From positions 336,784,001-336,848,000 of the forward strand of contig OZ024741.1 in the NCBI GenBank assembly GCA_964016885.1: a stretch of DNA of 64,000 nt, given 5' to 3'. The stretch comes from Eledone cirrhosa. Lineage: Eukaryota. Shown here in pieces: positions 12,167 through 27,639 of the stretch. Position 1 is the first letter of the stretch. Each line of letters begins with the position of its first letter. The notes below the pieces were generated by a model. The model saw only the letters and a list, made by a program, of their open reading frames with translations, had not been told where the DNA came from and made no database searches. The translations under genes and the position numbers were made by a program.

Positions 12167-12634
12167 TATAAACACAATATATTCCTCTTTTATTCTTACA
12201 CTATTAGTATATTCATATTATACATATGTATGTTGCCATATGGTAATTTCTATTATGCAATATCTGTTTCCCACCCCACCCCACCCCAAATCTCAAGTTC
12301 ATTAATTTTGCCTTTACTCAGTAAATGAATGCACATGGCATAGTAGTTAGAGCGTTGGGCACCATTGGTGCTGTGGAGAGGGGAGGCTGGTGTGTATGGA
12401 CAACTACTGGTTTTTCAAAAACAACCTTGCCCAAACTTGACCCTCAGAAGGAAATTTCTAGGTGCACATCCAATGGTCATTTAAGACCAAAGGGATCTTT
12501 ACCCTGTATTACTCAGTAAATAGTTTATATTCAAAGAAACTAAGTTATTCTGGAAAATGTTACATCTAAAATTCTATTTAGTTGAAGTGTAAATAACCTT
12601 CTATAAATTCTTTCTCAATTTTTGTTTTTTCCAG

Positions 12635-12657
12635 GTCGCATTACCCTCCAAGACTAA
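12635..12657 (+). CDS. Candidate terminal coding exon of the same gene, (G)RITLQD*, followed by putative 3' UTR
   Basis: Strong acceptor ttctttctcaatttttgttttttccag|GT. Phase 1 joins exon 673-831 in frame and reaches TAA at 12655-12657. Unique sequence follows to about 12935. Confidence 0.4.
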
Positions 12658-13075
12658 CAGCTGCTAAAAGAGAGAAATAAGATCTACTAAATTCTGTGAA
12701 TTTTTTCCTTTTTCTGTCCAAAATAATCATTCAACTGATATTGATGAGAACTCTCACTACAATGGTGTGATTGACTGTAAATTATTACAAGTGAATAATG
12801 GTAATTCTAACTGAGTTGAAAAGTTTGGAATCTACCAATGAAGAAGAACAGAAACTCCTCATCTCATAAAAACTATTTGCAGCTTTACCAAATACCAAAG
12901 GTACTGACTATATTCATAAGACTTTTGTCACATTTCATTCATACATGCACATATATATATACATATATTGTTATATTGTTATGCAAATATAATATACATT
13001 TATGCCCAGATGTGTGAGTGTCTGTATATATATATATATATATATAAAAGAGAAAACACAGGTAAGCATTAAGAG

Positions 13076-13138
<63 letters not shown>

Positions 13139-13171
13139 TGTATTTATGTATATTTATATATAGAGATATGA

Positions 13172-13206
<35 letters not shown>

Positions 13207-14466
13207 TTCATGTATACATATATATATATATACACACAGACACATGTATATATGTATGTGTGTGTATGAAGTTATAAATTATATATGCATACAATGACAA
13301 ATACTTAAACATGTGTGTAAACGTTGATGCATATAAATGTGTACTGATATAGGTGTTAATGGTAAAGAGAAAAATAAGTTGAGAGGGGGAAAGATAGAAA
13401 GAGAGATAGAAAGAGAAGGAAAATACTGATAAAGATAGAGAAAGAAAGTGGGATAAAGAGAAGAAACAGGAGAAAGAACGTGAGAGATAGAGATAAAGTG
13501 AAAGAGAGAGAGAGAGAGAGATGCTCAAGAACCTGTTAGGCTTGAAAATAAATTTGGATTGGAAAATGTCCTCAATTCAATTATTAATTTTGTTGAATTA
13601 TGTCCCTTGGTAAACTGGGATTACATGGGAATTCCTTGACTAATATAGTGTTGTGATTCTATTATTGGTGGGAACAATGTTGGCTGCAGAAACAACTTGT
13701 TTTCTTGTTTATTGGGGCCTCTGCATTTTGGAACTTGAAATAGTTTTATCAAATTACACACACATATATAAGTTATTTAAAAAAAAAATGAATGTTAGTG
13801 AAATATTGTACTTGGGGGTGAAACAAGCACAGCAGCCATACATATTTCCTATTTGCAATGAAAATATCATTTGATATTTCCTCATATCATATTGGAATAT
13901 GAAGTAAAATATATAGAAATAAAATAAAATATTTTGAAGAAAAAAATAATAATTCAGGAATATTGAAAGTTAAATATCTTAAAGATAAAAAAAAAAGCAA
14001 AGCAAAATGTTCGGCTTACCTATCAAGGTATATTTCCTAACTTGATATTCCTTAAAATTACAAAATATAGCAGTCTTGAACATTTAGCTCCTTTAATATT
14101 CAAAGTTCTCTGTTTAAAAAAAATCAGTGATAATAGCTTCAGTCAGTAAGAAAAAGCAATTGAAGAATATATTTCGATTTGTAATATCTTCTGTCTGAGC
14201 TATTTGCTTAAAAAAGGGTATTGTGTCTGGTTGGTTATAATATTTGTGTATGTTATGGTTTAATATGGGTGTATTCAGTAATAGTGTATTTCAAAGAATC
14301 ACATTCTTCTTCAATGTCTGTTAATTGTTTGGGGATCACTAATGAAGTATTGGACAATATTTTTTTTCTGTTTAAACAAAGGTGCAGATTTTTCTCTGTG
14401 ATATCTTTAACTTCTTTGGATAAAATATTGCAACAAGTCACAAATATATATCTAGTATTCAAAGAA

Positions 14467-16362
<1,896 letters not shown>

Positions 16363-17033
16363 TTGCTGTTCATTAAGAGAAAACATTCACACTACAAATG
16401 CTATCAATGTAAATTTGTGTACATTTCTATGAAGATTATTTTTATTAAAATTTTCTATTAATCCAAGAAGTCTTATTTTAAATCTCTAACAACTGAAAAG
16501 CCACATGAAGTACAAAGTTTGCCTGTTAACCCTTTCGTTGCCAGATCTCTAATGAACTACACTCTATTTCAATTGATTAATGAAGAATTTTGAAGGATTC
16601 ACTAAATTTACTTATTTCATTACTAAGGTAGTAACTTAACATATGGTTATATGGTTGTTATATAAAATTCATGTAGAATTTTGAGGGATTCTCTAAAATT
16701 ATTTATTATTTCATTACTAATGTAGTAGCTTAACATATAGTCGCTATATAAAATTATGTTGGAAGATTTTAACATAAATATGAAAAAGTGTGTGTCTTTG
16801 TTTCATAGAATGTGAGAAGTTTTTCGACAAGTTGGTATGAGAGAGAATGTGAATTATAAACAGGGAAGCTCACATACAGTGCTGGACTTACCTATAAATT
16901 ATAGCTTAGGGCCACACAGCCTCAGGGCCCTCATTTTTTAAAAATACATTTTTATTTTATCATTAGTTTATATTCTTTAACATTAAATCATCAAAAATTA
17001 TATATATATATAGAGAAAGCTAGAGAAGGGTGT

Positions 17034-18728
17034 AAACTACTTCTAATGAACCCTCTGGGCATTTAAAGAAGTTAGTATTCTGTGAGCTGTTGCTACTTAC
17101 TGCACCTGTGCAATGACCATATATAAACCTACATTCTTTGCTAGTCTACCTGAGATCCCACTACATCTCTTGAGTAGCCATAGTTTGCATTTGGAGCATA
17201 GGATGCAATTTTTATCTACTCCTTTCCTGTACACTGAGCAAGGCCATTTCCTTGAGGGAATTTGGGCCCTGTTATCCTTTCTACATACTAGGACTTTGGT
17301 CTTTACCAGCTTGAATTTAAGACTTTTAAATTCTAAGCCTTGCTTCCAAACTTGGAATTTCTTCTCTAGATCTGCCATAGATTCAACTATAAGGGTTAGA
17401 TCATCAGCATACAGAAGCTCCCATGAGTAGCCAATCATAAAATCTTCTGTTATAGCCTGCAAGACGATAATAAACAGGAGAGGGCTAAATGTGGAGCCTT
17501 GATGTACTCCTCCTTGCACACTAAATTCTTCACTATAGTCATTAATTCTAACCTTGCTGACTGTTCCCTTATATATGGCTTGTACTGCTCTCACAAGCCT
17601 CTCATCTAAGTTTACTAAGAGTCCACCAGATAATAGAACAGGAGATTCTGTCCAAAGCTTTCGCCAAATCCACAAATGCCAAGTTGAGGGGTTTACTTTT
17701 GGCTATGTACTTTTCCCTCACATGAAAGAGGGCATCAGTGGAACTTTCACCTAGCACAAATCCGAACTGCCTATCATTTATGTTAATTCAGTCTCTGATC
17801 AGCTGTGCTATAACTCTCTCTCTGTGACCATCATGACCTGGTCAATCAATTTAATGCCTCTACAGTTTTCTCTGTCTAAAGCATCTGCTTTGCCCTTTTA
17901 ATAGTTGACAATGATGTTGCTACACCTATTATTGTGTATGACACAATTTTGTATTACTTGCTTTGCAATGCAGGTGGTTAAGGTGTGACCCAGCATCTCA
18001 GCAACTATTTCAGAAGGTTTAGCAGCTTTGTCTGTCTTCATATCCTTGATTGCCTTACTTACTATACTACTGCTGACCTGTACCGCTGATCCCTCTGTTG
18101 GGTTTACTTGGGGCAAACTATCTTCCCATGCATTCTCTTCATAGTTGCACTTCTATGCTACCTTCTTTTCAGCATCAGTTAATGCAAATACACCATTATC
18201 TTGAACACACTTTTCTCCATCAACATCATAATTTTCCCTGAAACACTGCCTCACAATCCTGAACACTTCATGCCTATGCTCCTTGCATTGTAAAACATTA
18301 AAACATTTTTTATTTTCTGCTTCCCATCTTGCAAAGTATACATGTCGCCTGATTCTACCCTAGCATCCTGGTAATGTACACTACTTCCCCCATTCTGCCA
18401 TTTCTTCCATCCAAGTCTTTTGGCCTTAATTTCCTTCTCCACCTTAGTGTTCCGCCACCAAGTCACTCTACTTCTCCCTAAAAACCTACTCCAACTACAA
18501 ATTTCATTTGTCGTCTTCAGTAGGTTATCTTTCAGGAAACCCCACTGCTCCTCTATATTGTATGTCTCTATTTTCTCTACCTTTCTGTCAAAAGCATCAA
18601 GCAACATACCTCTAAAATTGTTACTGGCTGCAGGGTCTTTTAATTTCCATATTCTTCTCCTCCAGGTTGTCCTTTGTTGTCGAGTTTGTCTAACCTTAAC
18701 TATGAGGTCACTAATTTCTAGGTTATGT
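17034..18728 (-). mobile_element. RTE-clade LINE fragment (end of endonuclease, linker, RT, Cys-rich motif), pseudogenised
   Basis: GVHQGS..SPLLFIIVL, WELLYADDL, WPCSV..C..C, KAIKDMKT.KAA and TWWRN, with frameshifts. Clearly homologous to 54904-56622. Confidence 0.93.
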
Positions 18729-18735
18729 ATATATA

Positions 18736-19200
18736 TATGATGCTTGTGAGATGCGCGATGCTGCATGGTAGTGAGACATGGGCAGCAACTGCAGAGGATA
18801 TGCGACTGCTGGCGAGAAATGAAGCAAGCAGGCTCCGTTAGATGTGCAATGTCAATGTGCGTGAACGACCAAGCATAGATGAGTAGAGAAAGAAACTGGG
18901 TATAAGAGATATAAGTTGTGGTGTGCAGGAGAGAAGGCTGAGATGGTATGGACATGTGATGCACATGGAGGATGATCGATGGGTAAAGAAGTGCCAAGAA
19001 ATCCCAGTAGAAGGAAGAAGCAGTAGAGGAAGACCATGAAAAACATGGGCGGAGGTCGTGAGAGCAGACCTCAGATCGCTGAAACTCACGGAGGAGATGG
19101 CAAAGGACCGTGACAAGTGGAGAGATGCTGTGCTGAATAGAACCCGTCCCACCCTTGCAAGCAGGGAAAAGCGGATGTAAAATGATGATGATGATGATGA
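18736..19200 (+). mobile_element. RTE-clade LINE 3' end with (ATG)n tail
   Basis: YDAC..MLHGSETWA..VQERRLRWYGHVMHMEDDRWVKKC..GR.SRGRP, then cccacccttgcaagcagggaaaagcggatgtaaa(atg)n. Confidence 0.92.
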
Positions 19201-19679
19201 TATATATAACCTACAGGGCTTTTCTGATATTTCCCTTTGAATGAAACAGTTCTAGTCCTATAGAAGCCATTTCTATATTAAATATTGGATATACTCTACT
19301 ATGTATTGAGTACCTTACTTACTGTGGTTACTCCCGATGGAACCTGGGATACACACACACATACACACACATATATATATATAGTCCCGCATGACTAAAT
19401 CATTCAAATAGATAAAAACAAAGGAGGAAAACAATGGAACATAGATATTCCCAACTCATCAGTCGATCTCTGGGGATACGTTGTTTCGTTAATCGACTGG
19501 TGAGTTGGGACTGTCTGTATTTCGCTCATTTTTTCTATTTTCACCCACATTTTTTATTCTTTACACACACACACATATATGTGTGTGTATGCGTATATAT
19601 ACACACACACACATATATATATATATGTGCGTATGTTTATAAAAACATGTATGTATATATATATTAATATATATATGTG

Positions 19680-19715
<36 letters not shown>

Positions 19716-19939
19716 CACATACATATATATATATATGTGTGTGAATATATATATATATGTATGTATGTGTAAATATGCTTATGTAAGCATATATATACAT
19801 ATATTTTATATACATATATATACACATGTGTATATGTATTTAGAGACAGTGAGAGTGAGAGAGGATTTCTTTAACCTTGCGAACCTCTAGACTTTTAGGA
19901 TGCCACTATTAGGGAAATGCATGCATGGTCCTGTAACTC

Positions 19940-20265
19940 CCAAGTGTGTAGTAGGGGCACCATATTGATATACGGCGCTTCTAGGGCATTTTTAAACCTG
20001 TTGAAGCCCATCCTCTCCAGGTCTGAATACAGAAGATTTCTTCCAGAGAGGGATAGAGAGAGAGTAAGAGAATGGAAGTGAGAAAGAGTGAAAGAGGCAG
20101 AATCAACAACAATTCTAGACTGGTACTTATTTTATTCCCCTACATTGAATGAAAGGCAAAGTTGGCCTAGGCCCGATTTAAACCCAATGGACAGAGAGTC
20201 AAAATGAATTTAGTAAAGCATTGTATTTAACGTTCTTTTAATGATTCTGCCAATTTGCCGCCTTG
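19940..20265 (-). mobile_element. Old Meta-like SINE variant with a different long 3' region (second copy at about 47100-47345)
   Basis: Both copies share catttttaaacctg..ctccaggtctg..atttcttccagag next to a decayed Meta core. Confidence 0.55.
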
Positions 20266-20274
20266 TTAGAGAGA

Positions 20275-20594
20275 TCATCATCACCGTTTTACAGCCGTTC
20301 TTCCATGCTAGCATGGGTTAGACGGGTTGTCCTGTTGTGAGCAGTGTCCAGTCGGCTGACCTTGTCTTGCTCATACGGGAACTGATTCTGGCTTGATTTC
20401 TACAGCTGGATGCCCTTCCTAACACCAACCTCATTTACAGTGAGTGCTGGGTGCTTATTTCCGTGGCGCCTACACATCCACTTTACAGTGTGGGCTGGGT
20501 GCCTTTTAGTCGTGGCACCTCCATGACCACTTTGCAGTGGGAGGGGCTGGGGGCATATTGTCTATATGCTTCAGCTTCGGCTTGTACCCGTGGG
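20275..20594 (-). mobile_element. Short 5'-truncated copy of the RTE 3' UTR (related pieces at about 5215-5367, 5925-6180, 9775-10040, 26640-26822, 52192-52465)
   Basis: Close reverse complement of about 56335-56620, with a (CAT)n tail at the left end. Confidence 0.85.
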
Positions 20595-22879
20595 AACTTA
20601 TATTATCCAAATGATAAAACTGAAAAGATCATGAATATTTGTTGTGGCGATAGATTATAGATTTAGTATTGCATCAAATATTCTATATAAAATTTAGAGA
20701 AACTAAGAGAGGATTGAGTATGTTTACATTTTCAAAGATAAGTTCCTTCATTTTTCTACCTGATGCTTATGAAACTTTCATATATATATATGTGTGTGTG
20801 TGTATATATATTCTCATCGGTTTTATGTCCATTTTCTCATGCTGGCATGGGTTGGGCGGGTCCTTATCAGCACAGCATCGCTCCAATCATCGTCTTCCTG
20901 GATCTTCCTCTACTGCAGCTTCCTTCCACTGGGTTTCTTGGCACATCTTCACCCATATATAATATATATATCCTCATTGGTTTTATTTCCATTTTCCCAT
21001 GCTTTCATGGGTTTAGTTGGGTATTTTGAGACAATGTTTTACAGCCAGATGTCCTTCCTGACCTGACTTCTTTTACTCACCTCTTATGCCATGCAGAGAT
21101 ACAGTGTACCTATACTAAAAACAAGAAAGCAAACAGAATATATATATATCATCATCATCGATTAACGTCCATCTTCCACGCTAGCATGGGTTAGACGGGC
21201 CCTATTTTAAGGCAAGTTGTGTCGGGTGACCGTGTCTCGCTCAAATAGGGGTGTTTCTGATATACATATATATATATCTATACATATTTCATTTATGTTG
21301 TATGGCTTAACTAATAGATAGCTGTGTTTGTGATCCAGTCATTCTGTTTAGCAGATTTAATTTTTAATCCTTTTGGTCTGAAATCAACAGGGACTGCTCC
21401 TAGTTCTATCATACAAAAGTGTATGTTTTAGAATATCTATATTTATCTAAAAACCTTCCATAATAATTTTACATATAAGAACCTTTGTTAAGCTATGTTC
21501 TAAATACCAGCTTAATAATCAGAATGTTATATTTCTAAATCCTTTCAAAATTTGATTATTTTCAAAATTATTTGAAAATCATAGGCATTGTCATTAGAAA
21601 TTGTGTAACGAAAAGGTTAAAATGCAAAGAGTATTGTAATAAATTTATCTTCCAGTCTGATATATTAATTTATTTATTATTTTTTTTTTGTGTGTGCTAC
21701 TGCTGATGATGATGATGGTGTTGGGGTGGGGACTTGTACATCACGTGCCTGTATCACTTTCAGCTATCTTAGTACTGTTGTAAATTGTACCACCAAACAT
21801 TATGATCTGAATTTCATTCTTTGTTACTTACAACCGTGATTTCTTACACCTCTTTTCACTATCAAGGACAGCTTTTATTTAAATGAACAACCCCCTCCCA
21901 TGACCACCCCACCCCTACTACAATTCTTCTTCTCCATCCCCACCCTGCCTTGTCCAGATTGTTATATAGTAAGAATGGTTTCTGATTTAGGCACAAGGCC
22001 AATAATTTGTGGGGAGGGGAAAGTTGATGAAATTGACCCCAGTGTGTTGTTACTGGTTCTTTATTTTATCAGCCCTGGAAGGATAATAGACAAAGATGAC
22101 CTCAGCAGGATTTGAACTCAGAATGTAGAAAGTCGTAAATAAATACTGCAAAGCATTTTGTCTGATGCTCTATCGATTCTGCCAATCCACCACCCTAGTT
22201 ATACAGAGAGAGTAACAATCAAGAGAGAAATGTTTATACTTAAAGAAGAATGGATACCCCCTAGTTCAAGCCCATTTCTAAGTGATGGTAGGGGGCACTG
22301 CATGACACCGTCCCCTACTTTTCAATGGTGCATCTTCAGAAAATTTATGATGATAAGCTTATTCCGAATGTTTACTTTAGAATTATTGCAAATTAGACTT
22401 TAGACATTGTCTAGGTTGGTGGTTATCCTTGGTTTCCATAGAGTTAAATGACAGAGAGTACATGACTCCTCTCTGGCCAGGAGGCCAATCCATCATAGGG
22501 TTAAAGTCTATCCTACCCCCAAGGGTCATCAGGCTCGTGCTTATTCCGGTTTCTGTGGCATTAAGTGACTGAGAGTACATGACTTCTCTTGGAAATAACG
22601 CCAGTCCATCGCAGAGTTAAACTCCTAGCTATTACTTCTGGTACTTGTTTTTAACTGAGTAAACTGAAGCAACATGAAATGAAATGTTTTGCTCAAGAAC
22701 ATAACACACAACCTAGTCCCGGTATTGAACTCATGATGCTATGATCATAAGTCCAACACCTTTACCACCAGGTCATGCCCCTAGTTTTGCAATGTCCACA
22801 GAGAATGTACTAAAGTTCTTTTAGCACCACACCAAAGCCTAGTGGCTAGCCTGCCTATCTTTGTGACTGGAAGTGAGAT

Positions 22880-23018
22880 GGGAGTAACCTCTCGCTCCAG
22901 CCTGGAAACCACAATGGCTTACAACCTGGAGTGATCCTCATCTCTGCTAGGAAACCACACTGGCTTACGAGCTGGGGTGACTCTCGCCCCAGGCTGGAAA
23001 CCATTCTGGCTTAGAGGC
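22880..23018. repeat. 46-bp tandem repeat, about 3 units
   Basis: ggaaacca..tggctta at about 22904, 22950 and 22996. Confidence 0.8.
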
Positions 23019-23629
23019 TTAGATAAACTTAAAGAGAATGTTTGCAAATTCTAGATTGTTATTTGTATTATATATTCCATCAATGGGATATTTCAAATCA
23101 TTGCTGTTGTAGAATTGGTATTGTCCATGTTTATAATCCATTCTGCTGTGTAATTATCAACATGCGTAGGGGAAGCCAACTCGTGTCCGAGTACGGCCAT
23201 TCTTAGAAGAAAAGAAAGACAAAATAAAAAAAAAACATACATACACGCATATATATGTATATACACACACAAACATACATACATACACCTATATAAACAG
23301 ACATGCATACATACATGTATGCGGATATAGACTACATACATACGAACGTACAAACATACGTACTTACCTACCTCCCTACATATATACATACATACAAACA
23401 TAAATATACATACATATATACACTTGTACATAAACACATTCATACATACACAAACACATGCGCGCATGCATATACACATATGCCTACATACATACAAACA
23501 TCCACACACATTCATCCATACGAACTTACGCACACAAATTTATATATCGATAAATCTATATCCTCGTTTCTTATTTATTTCTCATCAAAAAACATTGTTA
23601 ATAAATACTTAAATTTGTTCAGGAAGGGA

Positions 23630-24340
23630 TAACTGATCTCGTGATAAAATCTCGGCTAGTTGGCGGCATTTCGGACTAACAACAATGGAACAGCCTCGGA
23701 ATGTCACATGCTCCGTGCATATCGTCAAATATTAAAATAAAATAGAATAAAATAATAAAATATAATATACATATATATATATGTTATGTAGGTATATGAA
23801 TCTCCAAGGGGAAATTACTCTTAAAATATTTTAGATGAGTGATCTCCCATGTAAGCATTCTTCTGTCTATCAGATGATCAATATGATTTGACGAACAGTG
23901 TTTGTCATGTGACGTTTAGATTAACACATTCGATGATTTTATAAAAATCTTGTATATTAACCAATTTAATTGTTCCTTTATATGATTAAATACCAGTTTC
24001 TTTCTTTTTTGTGGTAGTACGTGGGTGAAAATGATATATTGACGCTAACGCTTCGTAAAACACAAAACACACATCTAATTCTCCGATAATAATTGTTTAA
24101 AGTCTGTTTTCAAGACTATATGTTTAAAATGTCTAGACGAGCCGACGATCGTTCCCTTCTCTATAAGGTCGCTCAATATGCTAGAAATGATAACTTAGTT
24201 GCCTTCATACCACACGGTTATTGTATAATGTAGTCGCCAAGATAAATTATGATATCCCTTCGCCAAGAAAAAAATATATATTTATAATAATAATAATAAA
24301 GTGGATGGTCACGAGAGGAATGCTTCTGGTCGTAGCTTAC
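23630..24340. promoter_or_regulatory. CpG-retaining, promoter-like unique region
   Basis: Many intact CpGs (ctcgtg, ctcggc, ggcggc, ttcgga, gacgagccgacgatcg) against a CpG-poor background. Confidence 0.3.
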
Positions 24341-25709
24341 CTAGTGCTCAAGAACAGCAATAACAAGAAAAATTATAATTATAACATAGTTAATTTGTTG
24401 ATTGTGGCCTAAATTTATTAATTAGGTCAATTATGAGATATTATGAGATACTGGGTATCAATCAATCAATTCGATTAATTCAGCATTCTATTTCAATAAA
24501 TAAGGGTCCTTTGTTTAGCAAGAAACAAGACATCGCCATATTTATGATAATCGGCGAAACCATTTATTATTACGTTTATTATAGAAATTATTATTATTTA
24601 ATAAATAAAGAAATTATAATTGTTTCTACTTTAGGCACAAGGCCAGCAATTACCCAGTACATTACTGGTACTTTATTTTATCGACCCCGTAATAAAGAAA
24701 TTATAATAATCGTTAGCATAACTATTAACCATTTTTGGAAACAGCCTTATTCCATCACCACTATCATCGCCATCACCGCCGCCCCGGCCCCCATTATGTG
24801 GTCACGCGACCTGCTAGAAATAACAGTCACATTTTTGCTCCTCAAATCATACTACCAAAGACATAAAGTCTGAAATACAGAAGCATTCCGGTCGTGACCA
24901 TCCACTCTATTAATCAATATTATTAATTTTCGATGTGGAGTGGGGAGGTTATTCATGTGGTATAAAGGCAATTCAGTTACTATTTCTAGCATGGCTGGAC
25001 TGCCTGTTCAAACAGAGCTGATTTGATGATGATGATGATTTTTATTATTGCCATAAGGATGACACTAGATGGCACATTACAAAGACAGTTTACAATAAGT
25101 ATGCGTGGGTCATAGGGTGGGGGGGTACATTAAAAATTGAATGAAATACAGTGTGTTGTTTGCGTGTTGGACTTCTCTCAGTTCTAACAATGAATATTCC
25201 AGTTGTTTGTGAAATTACCGTGAAAGTGTCTGAGTATTCCACATATATGTGTAGGTAGATAGATAGGTAGGTAGATAGGTAGGTTGATAGATAGATAGAT
25301 AGATTTCTTTATTTGCCACAAGGGCGCACAAGAAAAGGGGACAATACAAAGACATGCCGGTAGGTAGGTAGGTTGATAGATAGATAGATAGATAGGTAGG
25401 TAGATATATATACAAATAGAAAGGCAGATAGAGAGATACCTTGGTAGATAGCTATAGATAACTGTTGTGTTACCACTGATCAGTGGTTGCCAACCCAACT
25501 GTTTTTGCATCATCGCCCACTTTCACATGGAAAAATTTTCCACAATCCACCTGTTCAGTAAATATTCAAAAACATACCAAAATTATTCGGTAAAAGTTAG
25601 TTACATGTTCATTATTCCCATTTAGCCGCCTACTTTTTTTTTTTTATACAGGTTTCTTTGCATATCTCCTTTGAATATGTTTTCGCATAGCATATGTTGA
25701 AATACCTTC

Positions 25710-26130
25710 TTAACCCTTTAGCATTTACATTATTCTATATATACTATTGTATTTTCATGGTAAACCCTTCACTTCACATAATTATCTCACATGATATCGA
25801 ATCTATGAGATTTTGATATTATTTATTTTGAGAATAATACTTTAACATCAGTATGTGTGACCGGTTACAGCAGGTTTGAACAGAAAGAGGTGAGAGAATC
25901 TGACTGGATACGGCCAGTTTAAATGCTAAACAATACTTTAACATCAGTATATGTGGCCAGTTACAGCCAGTTTGAACAGAAAGAGGTGAGAGAATCTGAC
26001 TGGATATGGCCAGTTTAAATGCTAAACAATATTTTAACATCAGTATATGTGGCCAGTTACAGCCAGTTTGAACAGAAAGAGGTGAGAGAATTCTGGCTGG
26101 ATACGGCCGGTTTAAATACTAATGGGTTAA
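25710..26130. mobile_element. piggyBac-type MITE with a triplicated 96-bp subterminal segment
   Basis: TTAA-CCCTTTAGCATTTA ... TAAATACTAATGGG-TTAA, with repeat units starting at about 25838, 25934 and 26030. Confidence 0.75.
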
Positions 26131-26328
26131 TACTCAAAATCCTATATCATCCACAAGAATTTTTAATCACTCACCATTTTCTGTTCAGTTGTTCATCACA
26201 CACCCAACAGTTGAAATCACCTAGGTTGGAAAACCCTGACCAAGAGCATTGTTTTTGTTGTTGCAAATAAACCAAGACACACACTCACTTCTACTTCCAC
26301 CAAACTATCACCAACATATAGATATAAT

Positions 26329-26502
26329 TATTTCTACTTTTGGCACAAGGCCAGCAATTACCCAGTACATTACTGGTACTTTATTTTATCGACCCCCGTA
26401 TGGATGAAAGGCAAAGTTAACCTCTGCGGGATTTGAACTCAGATCGTAAAGCGACGTAACTATGCTGGAAAGCATGTCCGACCCTCTGCCAATTCACTGC
26501 CC
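26329..26502 (-). mobile_element. Meta-like SINE with 21-bp flanking direct repeats
   Basis: tcaccaacatatagatataat occurs at 26308-26328 and 26509-26529. Confidence 0.85.
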
Positions 26503-26638
26503 TTATATTCACCAACATATAGATATAATGTTTGCTCTCATGATCTGGATAGATATATGTCTGCCTACTAAGAAAGATATTATAAACATTTGAATTAACA
26601 AAGTTGGTTTCAGATATTTTTTGCTGCAACATTACAGG

Positions 26639-26671
<33 letters not shown>

Positions 26672-27639
26672 GTTTAACGTCCATCTTCCATGCTTGCATG
26701 GGTTTGGACGGGAGTTTTACCACTTGAGGCAAGATTGGTTGTCTTGCTCGTATAGGACTGTCTGGCCGGTTTTCTACGGCTGGATGCCCTTCCTAACACC
26801 AACCACGTTTACAGTGTGGACTGATGTTAAGAGTTAATTGTATCATTTGTTAAAACAGTAACTTTTTGTACGTGATTGATATATTTTCTCATGATTTTAT
26901 ATATATATATATATGGTTATAGATGATTCGTTACCAATTATTGTGTGTGTGTGTACATGCAGACAAGTGTCTGTGTACATGCAGACACGTGTGTGTGTAC
27001 ATATGTCATGGGTTAACCAAAGTCTTGTGAGGGAAATTTTTTAGTAGACAGAAACAGAGAGTTGATTGATTAAAGAGAATATCAGTTATGCTATTTACTT
27101 AGGGTCCCCATCATCAACTTAATCATCATCATCATTTTTATTATCACGAACATCATCATCACCAATATTATTACCATCACCAACATCATCATCATCATCA
27201 ACAACATCAATGTCATATAACCAACAACATCATTCATTCACTTACTAGCAGGTAGCTAAAAAGTATACCAAATTTCAGACAACAAAACTTGGGCCTGGTC
27301 TCTCTTTTTCTCCTAATAGTATCAGAGGTTCTGCAAAACTATGTGTATTCTGCACTTCTTCCTCTAACTAAACCCCACCCCTCGGCAACTAAATATGGCT
27401 ATGTATATCTGGGGAGTAGCTGAGATTACTAACTCATATTTAAATATTTTATAGATCCTGTTGTCTTATCTTGGAATATCTTTACTATTCTCTGTGTTTG
27501 TGTGTGTGTAGAAAATAAATAATTATTTGCTCTGATTTGCATGTTTTTTGTTTGTTTGTTTGCTTCTAGTAACACATACTGTCACATCAAGATATATTTA
27601 GATGTATGAAACTTTAATATATAGGGTTTATGATATGTG

